Shown piece after piece: positions 31,117 through 40,567 of a DNA stretch of 64,000 nt. The stretch's first letter is position 1, and each line of letters starts with the position of its first letter. The notes below the pieces were generated by a model. The model saw nothing but the letters and a program-made list of their open reading frames with translations. It ran no database searches and had not been told where the DNA came from. The position numbers were made by a program, and so were the translations under genes. This stretch comes from Nitrososphaeraceae archaeon (lineage in GTDB: Archaea > Thermoproteota > Nitrososphaeria > Nitrososphaerales > Nitrososphaeraceae), in assembly GCA_035250975.1 (NCBI GenBank), contig DATFEP010000061.1:64001-128000 (forward strand), in the 5' to 3' direction.

Positions 31117-31278
31117 TCACTTTTTACTAGACCTGTAATATTTTTTATCTGGTTTAAATGCCTTACAAGTACAATTGCCAATAAGACACTTCATTTTGTC
31201 TTTTGAAGTCCTATCATGATCAACTTTTTGGTGTTCACATCTCAAACACTTAACATATAAGTCCAACTCATTGTCCAA
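31117..31278 (-). CDS. Unannotated 53-aa Cys/His-rich microprotein
   Basis: TTG start; MDNELDLYVKCLRCEHQKVDHDRTSKDKMKCLIGNCTCKAFKPDKKYYRSSKK (CxxCxH-x4-H...C-x4-CxC); TTTATA upstream. Confidence 0.7.
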   Translation of the reverse strand: MDNELDLYVKCLRCEHQKVDHDRTSKDKMKCLIGNCTCKAFKPDKKYYRSSKK

Positions 31279-31827
31279 ACGGATTTACCATATTATTTAG
31301 CAGAATTAACGCATATAAATTCTATATTATGAAGAGATAATAAACGCTCAGAAGCTTCACTATATTCAAATAAACAGAAAATTTAACAATAAATACGATA
31401 AAAATTTGATAATAATTCGACTGGCTCGTATTAAAAAATTATATTATGAAACAAAATATTTAATTAAGATCTTGTAAAAAAATGCCAATCTCATACCTTA
31501 TGACTAGCAAAATAGCCGATAAATTGTTAGAATAGGCTATTGTAGTTGGAATTTTAACCTCTAATTTATGGAAAATACGAGTACTTTTTATAGACACAAA
31601 GAAATTCAAGAATTTAAGCATTAATTATAGTATGGACCATTAATATCTTGTAAAGGTATTATTTTCACAATGCCTAGGAGAAACTGCTAGGTGTATAATG
31701 ATCGCATAGAACGTGTACACGCCTTGATGCATGGTTCCGTGCAAAACAAGATGAGTTTATCTTTGTTAGGTTTGTTCAAACTAATTTAAATAATTCTCTA
31801 AAATGGAGCATACCCAATCATCTACAT

Positions 31828-32472
31828 TCAGTCCTTATTACGATTGAAATTAAATTCATCTACTATCTGAATAAGATTATTTATTGATTCAAATCTACCT
31901 ATTTCATTAAGAGAATGAGCATCGCTCCCCAAATGAAATTTCACACCATTTTTTAAAAATATTCTTATCCATTTCTCAGGGGGTCTACGATATTTTGCAT
32001 TTAACTCTACAATTTTGTTATTTTCGTTTATGAGCTTACCTATCTCTTCTATTTCATGATCATATATTTCAAAATAATTTTCGGGAGCCAAATGTCCTAT
32101 TACATCAACATGCTCATTTTTAATAGTTTTTTTGAGGAGCTCTAACCATTTATTTTTATCTTGAAACGTTGTATGAAAACTTGCAACAATAAAAAATTTT
32201 CTTGCAACATTTTCATTGCAATCTATATTTCCATCAGATAAAATTTTTGCCTCAAATCCGACTATTATTTTAATTTTATTTTTTTGTTTATATTGTTCTA
32301 TCTCTTTAATGTAATCATTAATCCATTCAGAGGACCTTCTTACATGTTCTGTAAATGCAATACATTCTAATCCTATTTTCTTCGCCTCTTCAATAGCATT
32401 TTTTATTGTTAAATTAAGTTCTGAGTGATCATTATAATTTGCGTGAATATGAAAATCTTGTCTAATGTTCAT
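31828..32472 (-). CDS. PHP-domain phosphoesterase
   Basis: DFHIH, AFTEH, ASFH, IGH and GSDAH metal ligands. Confidence 0.88.
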   Translation of the reverse strand: MNIRQDFHIHANYNDHSELNLTIKNAIEEAKKIGLECIAFTEHVRRSSEWINDYIKEIEQYKQKNKIKIIVGFEAKILSDGNIDCNENVARKFFIVASFHTTFQDKNKWLELLKKTIKNEHVDVIGHLAPENYFEIYDHEIEEIGKLINENNKIVELNAKYRRPPEKWIRIFLKNGVKFHLGSDAHSLNEIGRFESINNLIQIVDEFNFNRNKD

Positions 32473-32622
32473 ACAAGCAATTAAATAATTATTTTATAAA
32501 AATCTATAATATCACAAAAACCCTAAAATTTTTTATGTAAATATTTGATGCATTACAAATATGCAAGATACATAATTAAATGAACATGTAATTTAATTAT
32601 TACGTATTAATTTAAATTTGTA

Positions 32623-33555
32623 ATGATAAATTTGAATGTGCTGGTTCCAGGTGCCGGTGGGCCTGCAGCAATAAATACAATAAAATCCTTAAGATTATCT
32701 AAATTTGATGGACAGATAGTCTCAACAGACTCCGATCCACTTTCAGCTGGTTTTTTCCTTAGTGATTCATATTATGTTGTTCCTATTGTAAGCGACAAAT
32801 CATTTATAGATAAATTGATAAAAATTATTAAAAAAAATAATATTAAAGTTTTGATGCCTTCATCAGGATATGATATCTATCAATATAGTATTCATAATCA
32901 GTTATTATCTGAAATGGGTGTGCAAGCAGTAGTAAGCAGGAAAGAAGTTTTAGATGTCTGCCAAGATAAATTATTATCATTTAAAAAACTCTCAAACAGA
33001 TTCCCATTTGCTTTTTCAACACTTTACTTTGAGCAAATTGATAAATTTCCTGTTATAGCTAAACCTCGCTTTGGAAAGGGTAGTAAAGATATTATCAAAA
33101 TCGAAGATCTCACTGATTTAAACTATGTGACTGCAAAATATAATAATATGATATTTCAAGAATATCTTCCAGGAGTTGAATATTCAGTTGACGTTCTTTC
33201 TGATCTAAATGAAAATCCTCTTATTGCCATTCCAAGAATACGGATTCAAACAAAAGCAGGAATCTCTGTCAAAGGTAAAATCATCAGAAATCAATCTATT
33301 GAGAATTTGTGTATGGATTTGGCAAAACATCTCGGAATTAAAGGTCCGTGTGTTATACAATTAAAACAATCTGAATCTGGAGAATTGAAAATAATTGAAA
33401 TCAATCCCAGATTTGGTGGAGGTACTTTTTTCTCTACACTTGCTGGAATTAATTTTCCTGCTTTAATTTTAGATATGGTTTGTAATAAAGAAATAGTACT
33501 TCGAGAAGTTTCAGAAATTACGATTCTGAGATACTATGAAGAAGTAGTACTCTAG
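32623..33555 (+). CDS. Stand-alone ATP-grasp ligase (CarB-like family)
   Basis: VLVPGAGG, CQDK, KPRFGKGS, QEYLPG, EINPRFGGG. Confidence 0.85.
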   Translation: MINLNVLVPGAGGPAAINTIKSLRLSKFDGQIVSTDSDPLSAGFFLSDSYYVVPIVSDKSFIDKLIKIIKKNNIKVLMPSSGYDIYQYSIHNQLLSEMGVQAVVSRKEVLDVCQDKLLSFKKLSNRFPFAFSTLYFEQIDKFPVIAKPRFGKGSKDIIKIEDLTDLNYVTAKYNNMIFQEYLPGVEYSVDVLSDLNENPLIAIPRIRIQTKAGISVKGKIIRNQSIENLCMDLAKHLGIKGPCVIQLKQSESGELKIIEINPRFGGGTFFSTLAGINFPALILDMVCNKEIVLREVSEITILRYYEEVVL

Positions 33556-33584
33556 ATAACATAATTTCGCTAATCCATTAATCT

Positions 33585-34165
33585 CTTTAGATATCTTACA
33601 GTATTCACATGATATCATGTATCTCTAGTTACTACGAATGAATATTTCAAATCATCAAACGAAATATGACGACAACAGGAAAGTATTAGGTACTTGCCTT
33701 GACTCCAGCAATTCTCTACGGCATTAAAATCTAGTGAACTAACAAGAAAGTATTCTATTCTTTTTACATGGATCTGGAGCTGTTACAGAAGGTATTTAAT
33801 TTTTAGAAATCCATTTCTTCATTCTTATCAAATAGTGCCATACAAAGATAGATCATATCGTAATGCCATTTTCTTGTAAATCAGATTCATTACTTGTTTG
33901 AATCTAATCCTCTCTTGTTGTCTTCTAATTCCCGTCATATTTTTAATATTGTAACCTTTACATCCGTAGATCTACCACTTCATGTTATATCTTCTACTCC
34001 ATTTAGTCTTTATGAAATTTATATAATGATCTATCCGTCCGCAAAGTCGATTTGTTTAATTGATTTTCTGCAACCCAACTGCTTCTAGCTTGTCTACTTC
34101 AAAACTTGTTACATACAGCTTACTTTCTTCTATACTTGCATCTTTTCTATACTCATTATCTAAGT
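33585..34165 (-). pseudogene. Decayed IS630-family transposase with an internal deletion
   Basis: N-terminal fragments SWVAENQLNK, SGRSTDV, RELEDNKRG and VMNLIYKK, then IEYFLVSSLDFNAVENCWSQGKYLILS (the IS630 YxPxxSPExNxxExCW motif). Confidence 0.68.
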
Positions 34166-34328
34166 CTAATTTAGACAATAAAACACATCCTAAATTAGGA
34201 AACTAAATTAGTTACGCTAAAAACTAGATACTAGTATGTTTATTTAAATTATCTATTGCTTTATGCCACGACTCAATAATCGATAAGATGAACTAAATTT
34301 TTGGCAGGAACAAATTAACAAAAATTTT

Positions 34329-34390
34329 TTCTTATATAAAGGTGGATTTATCTTTTCAATTCTTATATAAAGGTGGATTTATCTTTTCAA
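34329..34390. repeat. Perfect 31-bp tandem duplication
   Basis: ttcttatataaaggtggatttatcttttcaa occurs twice in tandem. Confidence 0.95.
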
Positions 34391-34500
34391 AATTCATGAA
34401 AATCATAGTTGCGAAACAAACCAATAATTATTATAGTTTATTGATCTCAGAATATTAATAAATCAAACAGATTTTTATAGAGTTTGTAAGAATATGTATT

Positions 34501-35877
34501 CTACCTCCAGGTTTTATTTTTTATTGTGATTGCAGCATAAATTAACAGCCAAGTAAAAAGGAAAGTTGATAATAAATTCATCAATGGTCTGTAAAACCAT
34601 CTTGAATAACCCGGTCTTCTCAATCTAACGTCAATACCATACATTAAACCTGCAAATGCTGCACCTGAAAGATAAAGTAATCCACTAAGATAATCTCCTG
34701 ATAACGGTAACAAAATAAGTGATTTTATAATTATATATGGTCTGAATAATCTCAACACTATAGTGACATAATAAAAAATGGCAGCAGGTAACGGCCTCTG
34801 CCAATATATTGAACCAGTAGCAAATATACTTCTAATAAAACTCTTCCTCCATCGTATTTGTTGTTTGATTAGGGAACCTAAGGTATCTGGAACCCCTATC
34901 TCTACATTAACCTTTAAACTATATTTTAATTTCCATAACTTTATTTTATTATCATTGAATTCAATAATTGTCTTATTTCTGTGTATATCCTTATCCAAAT
35001 CTTTCACCTTTTCAAGGACAAATGCAGTAAGTCTTCTGTCTGTGGCAAATCTAAAATCGATCCCTAAAAAACGATCGTTAGCCCATTTATCCATATATTG
35101 TTTCACTGCTTCCCTTCTAAAAGCCGATAACGCACCAGAACAACAAGTAAGAGATGAAAAGGAACTCTCCATTCCTTTTAGGATTCTGTATTGACCATCA
35201 AACCAAACATCTTGAATTTTTTCTAGTAAATTGCCTTTTTCCGCATTCCGAACTCTTCCATGTGCTGTAATAGCTCCAATTTCCTTATCTGATAGAAATA
35301 TTTTAACTGCATTTGTGATAGCATCTCTTGCCATATTGCAATCACTGTCCATAAAAAAATAAAACTCGCCTTTTGCTATTTTTATAGCTTCTTTTATAGC
35401 GTGTTTTTTGCCTAAATTTACTGGCAAATGTATTATAACTAAATTTGCATTACTTTTTTTTATCTGCTCTAGAATAATTGGTGTTTTGTCTGTACTTGCA
35501 TCATTAACTATGATGATTTCTTTATACCCATATGACGAATTTATGCAAGATTCTATACATCTTTCTATATTTCCTTCTTCATTTTTAACTGGAATAACAA
35601 TTGATACTAACGGGCTCTCCTTTGACGGATTGTCTTTCTTAATCTCATTAAAGGGATCTCTATATCTCAAGTATGACAAAGAAAATAAGGTAAATAAAAT
35701 AAATGTTGTAAGGACACTATAAAATCCAACTGTAAAATCTATAATGAAAATCATGAAATATATTTTTATTATCAAAATAATCGCCATAGCAGCAAGTATA
35801 AGATATCTCAATACCCATCTCCTCTTGCTCATTTCACGAGATTTGATTGACCCTTGTTCTATAATCATTTCTATCAC
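34501..35877 (-). CDS. Processive GT2 glycosyltransferase, hyaluronan synthase/NodC-like
   Basis: IPVKNEE, VNDAS, NLGKKHA, MDSD, CCSGALSAFRR, TDRRLT, QQIRWRKSF; transmembrane helices at both termini. Confidence 0.88.
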   Translation of the reverse strand: MIEMIIEQGSIKSREMSKRRWVLRYLILAAMAIILIIKIYFMIFIIDFTVGFYSVLTTFILFTLFSLSYLRYRDPFNEIKKDNPSKESPLVSIVIPVKNEEGNIERCIESCINSSYGYKEIIIVNDASTDKTPIILEQIKKSNANLVIIHLPVNLGKKHAIKEAIKIAKGEFYFFMDSDCNMARDAITNAVKIFLSDKEIGAITAHGRVRNAEKGNLLEKIQDVWFDGQYRILKGMESSFSSLTCCSGALSAFRREAVKQYMDKWANDRFLGIDFRFATDRRLTAFVLEKVKDLDKDIHRNKTIIEFNDNKIKLWKLKYSLKVNVEIGVPDTLGSLIKQQIRWRKSFIRSIFATGSIYWQRPLPAAIFYYVTIVLRLFRPYIIIKSLILLPLSGDYLSGLLYLSGAAFAGLMYGIDVRLRRPGYSRWFYRPLMNLLSTFLFTWLLIYAAITIKNKTWR

Positions 35878-36160
35878 AATTTCATTCTTTCATGTTGGTT
35901 GACATTTTTTATACTATTTTTATTTCAGATACGAAATTCGATATTAAATATAATAGTAGATTATATTTAATCTGATTATCATAAAAATTTATTGTGATGT
36001 TAAGTTTATTAAAACAAATAATGTGAATTTATAAGGATTATTAAAGAAAGCATATATAGTTAATATTATTTATTTATATTATTATGTATTTATTGTTCAT
36101 AAACCGTTATCGTCGTAACATAGGATTTTTTACATATTATAATCAATCTACGGAATCTGG

Positions 36161-36892
36161 GTGCGAAAAATGCAAATAGTAAAGGTTAGTTCTGTATCAT
36201 TCGAATATGGTTCGGAGAAAATTCTAGACGATATTTCTTTCGATGTGAATGAAGGTGATTTTCTGGGGATTATCGGACCAAATGGTGCGGGTAAGACCAC
36301 TTTATTTTTTTGTATGCTTGGTTTAATAGATGGATATACTGGCGAAATAAAAATATTTGGGGAAAATATTAGAAGAAATAAGAAAATTTTAAAACAAATT
36401 GGCTATATCCCACAAAGAAAATCTATTGACAGAAGGTTTCCACTTACTATAAAAGAATTGGTTTCTCTTTCAATTACAAACAAATCATATGTTGACAATG
36501 TGGATAAAGTCATAAGATATGTTGACCTTTATGATAATCGAAATAAAATAATTGGTCAATTATCAGGTGGACAGCAACAACGTGTTTTAATTGCAAAGGC
36601 ACTCGTTAATAATCCTAAAATGTTGATGTTAGACGAACCAACAAACGAACTTGATCAAACAAGTCAAGATAATTTCTATCTCCTTTTAAAGCAACTGAAT
36701 GATGAAGAAAAAATTACTATTATATGGACATCACACGATCTGGACGCAGTAAATCGACTCTCTAATAAAATATCCTGCATTAATAAAAAAATGTTTTACC
36801 ATGGAACAAAAGACGACTTCTTCTCTAATGATAACAATTTAAAAAAATACTCTGAATCACAGATGCAAATTCATATGCATAGTCATTATTAA
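36161..36892 (+). CDS. znuC: Zn/Mn ABC transporter ATP-binding protein
   Basis: GPNGAGKTT, IGYIPQ, LSGGQQQR, LDEPT, SHDL, His-rich tail. Confidence 0.9.
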   Translation: MRKMQIVKVSSVSFEYGSEKILDDISFDVNEGDFLGIIGPNGAGKTTLFFCMLGLIDGYTGEIKIFGENIRRNKKILKQIGYIPQRKSIDRRFPLTIKELVSLSITNKSYVDNVDKVIRYVDLYDNRNKIIGQLSGGQQQRVLIAKALVNNPKMLMLDEPTNELDQTSQDNFYLLLKQLNDEEKITIIWTSHDLDAVNRLSNKISCINKKMFYHGTKDDFFSNDNNLKKYSESQMQIHMHSHY

Positions 36893-36925
36893 TAAAATGA
36901 GATTTGAAGTTGAATGTTGATTTAA

Positions 36926-37747
36926 ATGCAAGAATTTTTTGATTTTTTTTCGTTCGGATATATTCAACGAGCCTTATTCTCAGGCATTTCAATTGCAATA
37001 ATGTGTTCATTAATTGGATTATTTCTTGTTTTAAGAAAACAATCACTTTTTGGGGATGCGATTTCTCATATGGCTTTTGGTGGAATAGCTATAGGCACAT
37101 ATTTGAATATTTACCCCTTCTGGACTGCAATAATTTTTTCTGCTTCATCTGCCCTGATGATAAATAAAATACGATATTATACTAAGCTGACCTCGGACTC
37201 AATGGTTGCTGTCTTGTTATCTTTTGGTCTTGGAATGGGAGTAACTTTGATAAGCATATCCGATGGTTTTTCTGTTGATCTATTCAGTTTTCTTTTTGGA
37301 AGCATCCTGTTGGTAAGCTATGAAGATGTATTAATGACTGTTGGAATCGCTATTATTGTTACGTCTATAATTGGTATATTTTTCAAAAAATTTATTTATG
37401 TTACTTTTGATGAAGATCAAGCAAAAATTAGTGGTTTGCATGTTGAACAACTTGATTATTTATTTATAGTTTTGGTTGCAGTATCTGTAATAGTTTCTAT
37501 GAAGTTAGTTGGAATTCTTCTTATATCTTCCTTGATAGTCATTCCAAATATTGCATCGTTGATGTTAAATCAAGGTTTTAAAAGAACTCTTTTTATTTCT
37601 ATAATAATATCTGCATGTTCTGTTTTTTTTGGGATAATTCTTTCATATTATTTTAATACTGCTCCAAGTGGCATGATTGTATTGTTATCAGTTGGTATTT
37701 TCATTGCGGTTATAATATCCAAATATTTTTATCAAAATATTACTTAA
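36926..37747 (+). CDS. znuB: Zn/Mn ABC transporter permease
   Basis: GDAISHMAFGG, LFSFLFGSIL, VGILLISSL. Confidence 0.9.
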   Translation: MQEFFDFFSFGYIQRALFSGISIAIMCSLIGLFLVLRKQSLFGDAISHMAFGGIAIGTYLNIYPFWTAIIFSASSALMINKIRYYTKLTSDSMVAVLLSFGLGMGVTLISISDGFSVDLFSFLFGSILLVSYEDVLMTVGIAIIVTSIIGIFFKKFIYVTFDEDQAKISGLHVEQLDYLFIVLVAVSVIVSMKLVGILLISSLIVIPNIASLMLNQGFKRTLFISIIISACSVFFGIILSYYFNTAPSGMIVLLSVGIFIAVIISKYFYQNIT

Positions 37748-37842
37748 TATTTTCAGTAAAACTTCAAGAGTCAAATAAATATGTATGTATTATGCTTAGC
37801 CTTTACAGAAAATAAGATAGGTCTATCCATAAAAAGATGTAT

Positions 37843-38538
37843 TTAAGTCATCTCATTTATAACCTGATCAAATACTGAATATGGATATGCTCCCTGTATT
37901 GCAACTGGCGTAGTACCATTGTATAGAATAAATGACGGAGTACTTGTTAAACCAATACTTCTTGCTAGCTTATCATTTTCACTTACTAGGGAATTGTATT
38001 TATGTAATTCAACACAGTCAGAAAACTTCATTAAATCAGGCACTCTGACGTTATTAGCAAATTGTTTCAAGCTGTCTTTAGTTACCCACCCAGTATTCTC
38101 TCCATTTGAATTTCTATACAATTCATCATGATAATCCCAATATTTGCCTTGTTCTGCTGCACAATACGATGCCTCAGCTGCTAATGTAGATGACTTATCA
38201 CTAGGAAGATCGTTTACTATAAAATCTTTGAAAATAAATCTAACTTTTCCAGTTTCCACAAAATTTGTGACCAAAGAATTCTTAGTTTCCTTATTAAAGC
38301 GTGCGCAAAAGGGACATTGATAATCTCCAAATTCAACTATAGTTAATTTCGATTTGTCTTCTCCTATAGCAGATGCATTAGCAGTTATTGGTTGAACCAA
38401 ATTACGAATGATATCCTGAGCTTGTTCAGAATCTGGAATGGAATTATTTTTTGGAGCAAAATTGAGAAAACCTGCTAAAGTTCCAACAAACATTATTGCC
38501 ATCAGTGTAATACTCGCTATTACAATTTTTTTCCTCAT
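37843..38538 (-). CDS. Membrane-anchored DsbA-family oxidoreductase
   Basis: N-terminal transmembrane helix, EFGDYQCPFC, AAEASYCA, TPSF, GAYPY. Confidence 0.9.
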   Translation of the reverse strand: MRKKIVIASITLMAIMFVGTLAGFLNFAPKNNSIPDSEQAQDIIRNLVQPITANASAIGEDKSKLTIVEFGDYQCPFCARFNKETKNSLVTNFVETGKVRFIFKDFIVNDLPSDKSSTLAAEASYCAAEQGKYWDYHDELYRNSNGENTGWVTKDSLKQFANNVRVPDLMKFSDCVELHKYNSLVSENDKLARSIGLTSTPSFILYNGTTPVAIQGAYPYSVFDQVINEMT

Positions 38539-38638
38539 ATTTTATGAATACAATAAAACTTCTTATTAATCATGTGGCTCATAAACAGGTCGATTATGTT
38601 CAGAACAATTAAATCTTGGTCTGTCTCCTTTTACACAC

Positions 38639-38803
38639 ATGAGTACTGGAGGACTAGGGAGTGTTACCTATGACTGCATGAGATGTGGGACTGGTGTCAC
38701 AATTGAGGAATTATCGACATTACCCGAAATAAAATGCATTTGCGGTTTCAGAGTATTTAGAAAAGCTAGACAACCGGTAGTAAAACAAATCAAGGCAATC
38801 TAA
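38639..38803 (+). CDS. rpoP: RNA polymerase subunit P (Rpo12), below the ORF-track cutoff
   Basis: MSTGGLGSVTYDCMRCG...LPEIKCICGFRVFRKARQPVVKQIKAI, the Rpo12 zinc-ribbon signature. Confidence 0.9.
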   Translation: MSTGGLGSVTYDCMRCGTGVTIEELSTLPEIKCICGFRVFRKARQPVVKQIKAI

Positions 38804-38894
38804 TCGATTTTGGGTCCTTTAATAGCGAAAGAAATTTAAATTAAATGGCTATAGTATAGTTTATTGCCTTCTTAAGATTATATTATATTATAAA

Positions 38895-39068
38895 ATGAAA
38901 ATAATATGTCCAGATTGTAAAAAAACTGCTCATTTAACCGATGATTTTACTCTAGTAAAATGCACGTATTGTTCTCTTGAACTAAGTTATGGGGAATACG
39001 TTAAATATATCGCATACAAAGATCCTAGATATAGTGATATTTTGAGTGATTACAAAAGAAACACCTGA
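38895..39068 (+). CDS. Small Zn-ribbon protein (57 aa), below the ORF-track cutoff
   Basis: MKIICPDCKKTAHLTDDFTLVKCTYCSLELSYGEYVKYIAYKDPRYSDILSDYKRNT, with two CxxC motifs. Confidence 0.78.
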   Translation: MKIICPDCKKTAHLTDDFTLVKCTYCSLELSYGEYVKYIAYKDPRYSDILSDYKRNT

Positions 39069-39094
39069 AAGTTCTATAAGAATAAAATAATAGC

Positions 39095-39460
39095 TACAAA
39101 CACCAGAATCATACCTCTTCCATATTTTCCACTCGCGAATATAGAAAGTGTTTACTAGCAACTATGTTTTACGCCTTGAAATGCAAGCACAAATTACCAT
39201 TTATATACTGCTTGAAATGCTACTCATAAGCATCATTTGCTTTTGCGTTTTTTACCAATCTAGATACTCTTCATTGATAGATTTGTTTTGGAAGAACTTT
39301 GTAATCATTCCTGATTCATAACATCTCTTTTTATCTACAAATGGTTTTATCCTGCTGTTACAATACGAAAACTGAATCCCAGAAAATACAAATATAGTTC
39401 ATACATGATTACCTGGCTGGATGCAGTTTCACGTTCTGATAAACCCAATAGAGTATCAGA
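39095..39460 (-). pseudogene. Decayed IS6-family transposase fragment
   Basis: ERETASSQVIMYELYLYFLGFSFR and KPFVDKKRCY resemble the archaeal IS6 N-terminus (MYxLYLYFLGLSxR). Confidence 0.65.
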
Positions 39461-39587
39461 AAATAGTTAACCTCTAGTTTTTACCTCTGTTTTAACATAA
39501 CAGCATCATTACTTATCCGAATATCCTAATTTGGCAGAAGTAGCTACTTATTCATTTTTATTATTCTTATTTCTATATTTCAATAAA

Positions 39588-39890
39588 ATGAGTATTAGTG
39601 AAAAAAAGATTAATGAATTAAGACCAGGAATGAGAGGAATAAATGTCAAAGTAAAAGTAGATAGCATATCTGAACCAAGGAATGTTAATTTAAGAACTGG
39701 TGGCCAAGCCAAGGTAGCAGATGCTCAAGTGTCTGATGAAACAGGCGTTATCAAATTATCGTTATGGGATGATCAAATCAATATGATTGAAGAAGGTGAT
39801 ATGATATTGATTGAAAATGGGTATACTCACGCGTTCAGGGGAGAAAATAACCTCAATATAGGAAAATACGGCAAAATTGTAAAATTATAA
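39588..39890 (+). CDS. ssb: Single-OB-fold ssDNA-binding protein (crenarchaeal SSB type)
   Basis: KINELRPG, VADAQVSDETGVIKLSLWD, IENGY, LNIGKYG; start at ATG 39588. Confidence 0.88.
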   Translation: MSISEKKINELRPGMRGINVKVKVDSISEPRNVNLRTGGQAKVADAQVSDETGVIKLSLWDDQINMIEEGDMILIENGYTHAFRGENNLNIGKYGKIVKL

Positions 39891-39992
39891 GTCAGATAGC
39901 ATAAAAGACTAAATTTTATATATTCCTAAATTATATCAACGAACAATCCAGTTCTGAGATAAGTTATAAATGGGAAATATAGAATCGGAAGT

Positions 39993-40532
39993 GTGAACGA
40001 CAAGGTATTACCTATAAATAAAATTTCAAGCGGAACGATAGACAATATTAATGTAGTTATTGAAATCCCTAAGGGCAGTAATATCAAATATGAGATTGAT
40101 AAGGAAACTGGTGCACTATTTGTTGACAGGAAATTATTTACGGCAATGTTTTATCCAACCAATTATGGTTTCGTCCCATCTACACTTGAAGGTGACGGTG
40201 ATCCTGTTGATGTTTTAGTACTGGGAGAATTCACAGTAATCCCACTTTCCGTTATTCGGGCAGTTCCCATCGGTGTCCTATATACTGAGGATGAAGAAGG
40301 TCAAGATTCCAAAATTATTGCTATCCCCATAAAAAAAATAGATTCAAGTTTTTCACCAATAAATGACGTTAATGATATACCAGATATTACCAAAAAACAG
40401 ATCCAACATTTCTTTGAACATTATAAGGAATTAGAAGGAGGAAAATATGTGAAAATTTCTGGATGGGGAAACAAAGAGGCAGCTCAAAAAAAGATTTCAG
40501 AAGCTATTGACAGATTTTCTAACTCAAACTAG
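39993..40532 (+). CDS. ppa: Inorganic pyrophosphatase (family I)
   Basis: EIPKGS, KYE, YPTNYG, DGDPVDVL, HFFEHYKELE. Confidence 0.95.
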   Translation: MNDKVLPINKISSGTIDNINVVIEIPKGSNIKYEIDKETGALFVDRKLFTAMFYPTNYGFVPSTLEGDGDPVDVLVLGEFTVIPLSVIRAVPIGVLYTEDEEGQDSKIIAIPIKKIDSSFSPINDVNDIPDITKKQIQHFFEHYKELEGGKYVKISGWGNKEAAQKKISEAIDRFSNSN

Positions 40533-40567
40533 ATTCATAATTGAAGTGGAAAAACAATTGTAATAAG

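Noticed and set aside
31330-31827. Possible decayed gene upstream of the Cys/His microprotein
   Set aside because: Interrupted frames with no recognisable family motifs.
33894-34088. 64-aa plus-strand ORF from the track
   Set aside because: It is the antisense shadow of the IS630 remnant and has no protein-like features.
34329-34390. Possible CRISPR repeat pair
   Set aside because: Only two directly abutting copies, with no spacer and no cas genes in the window.
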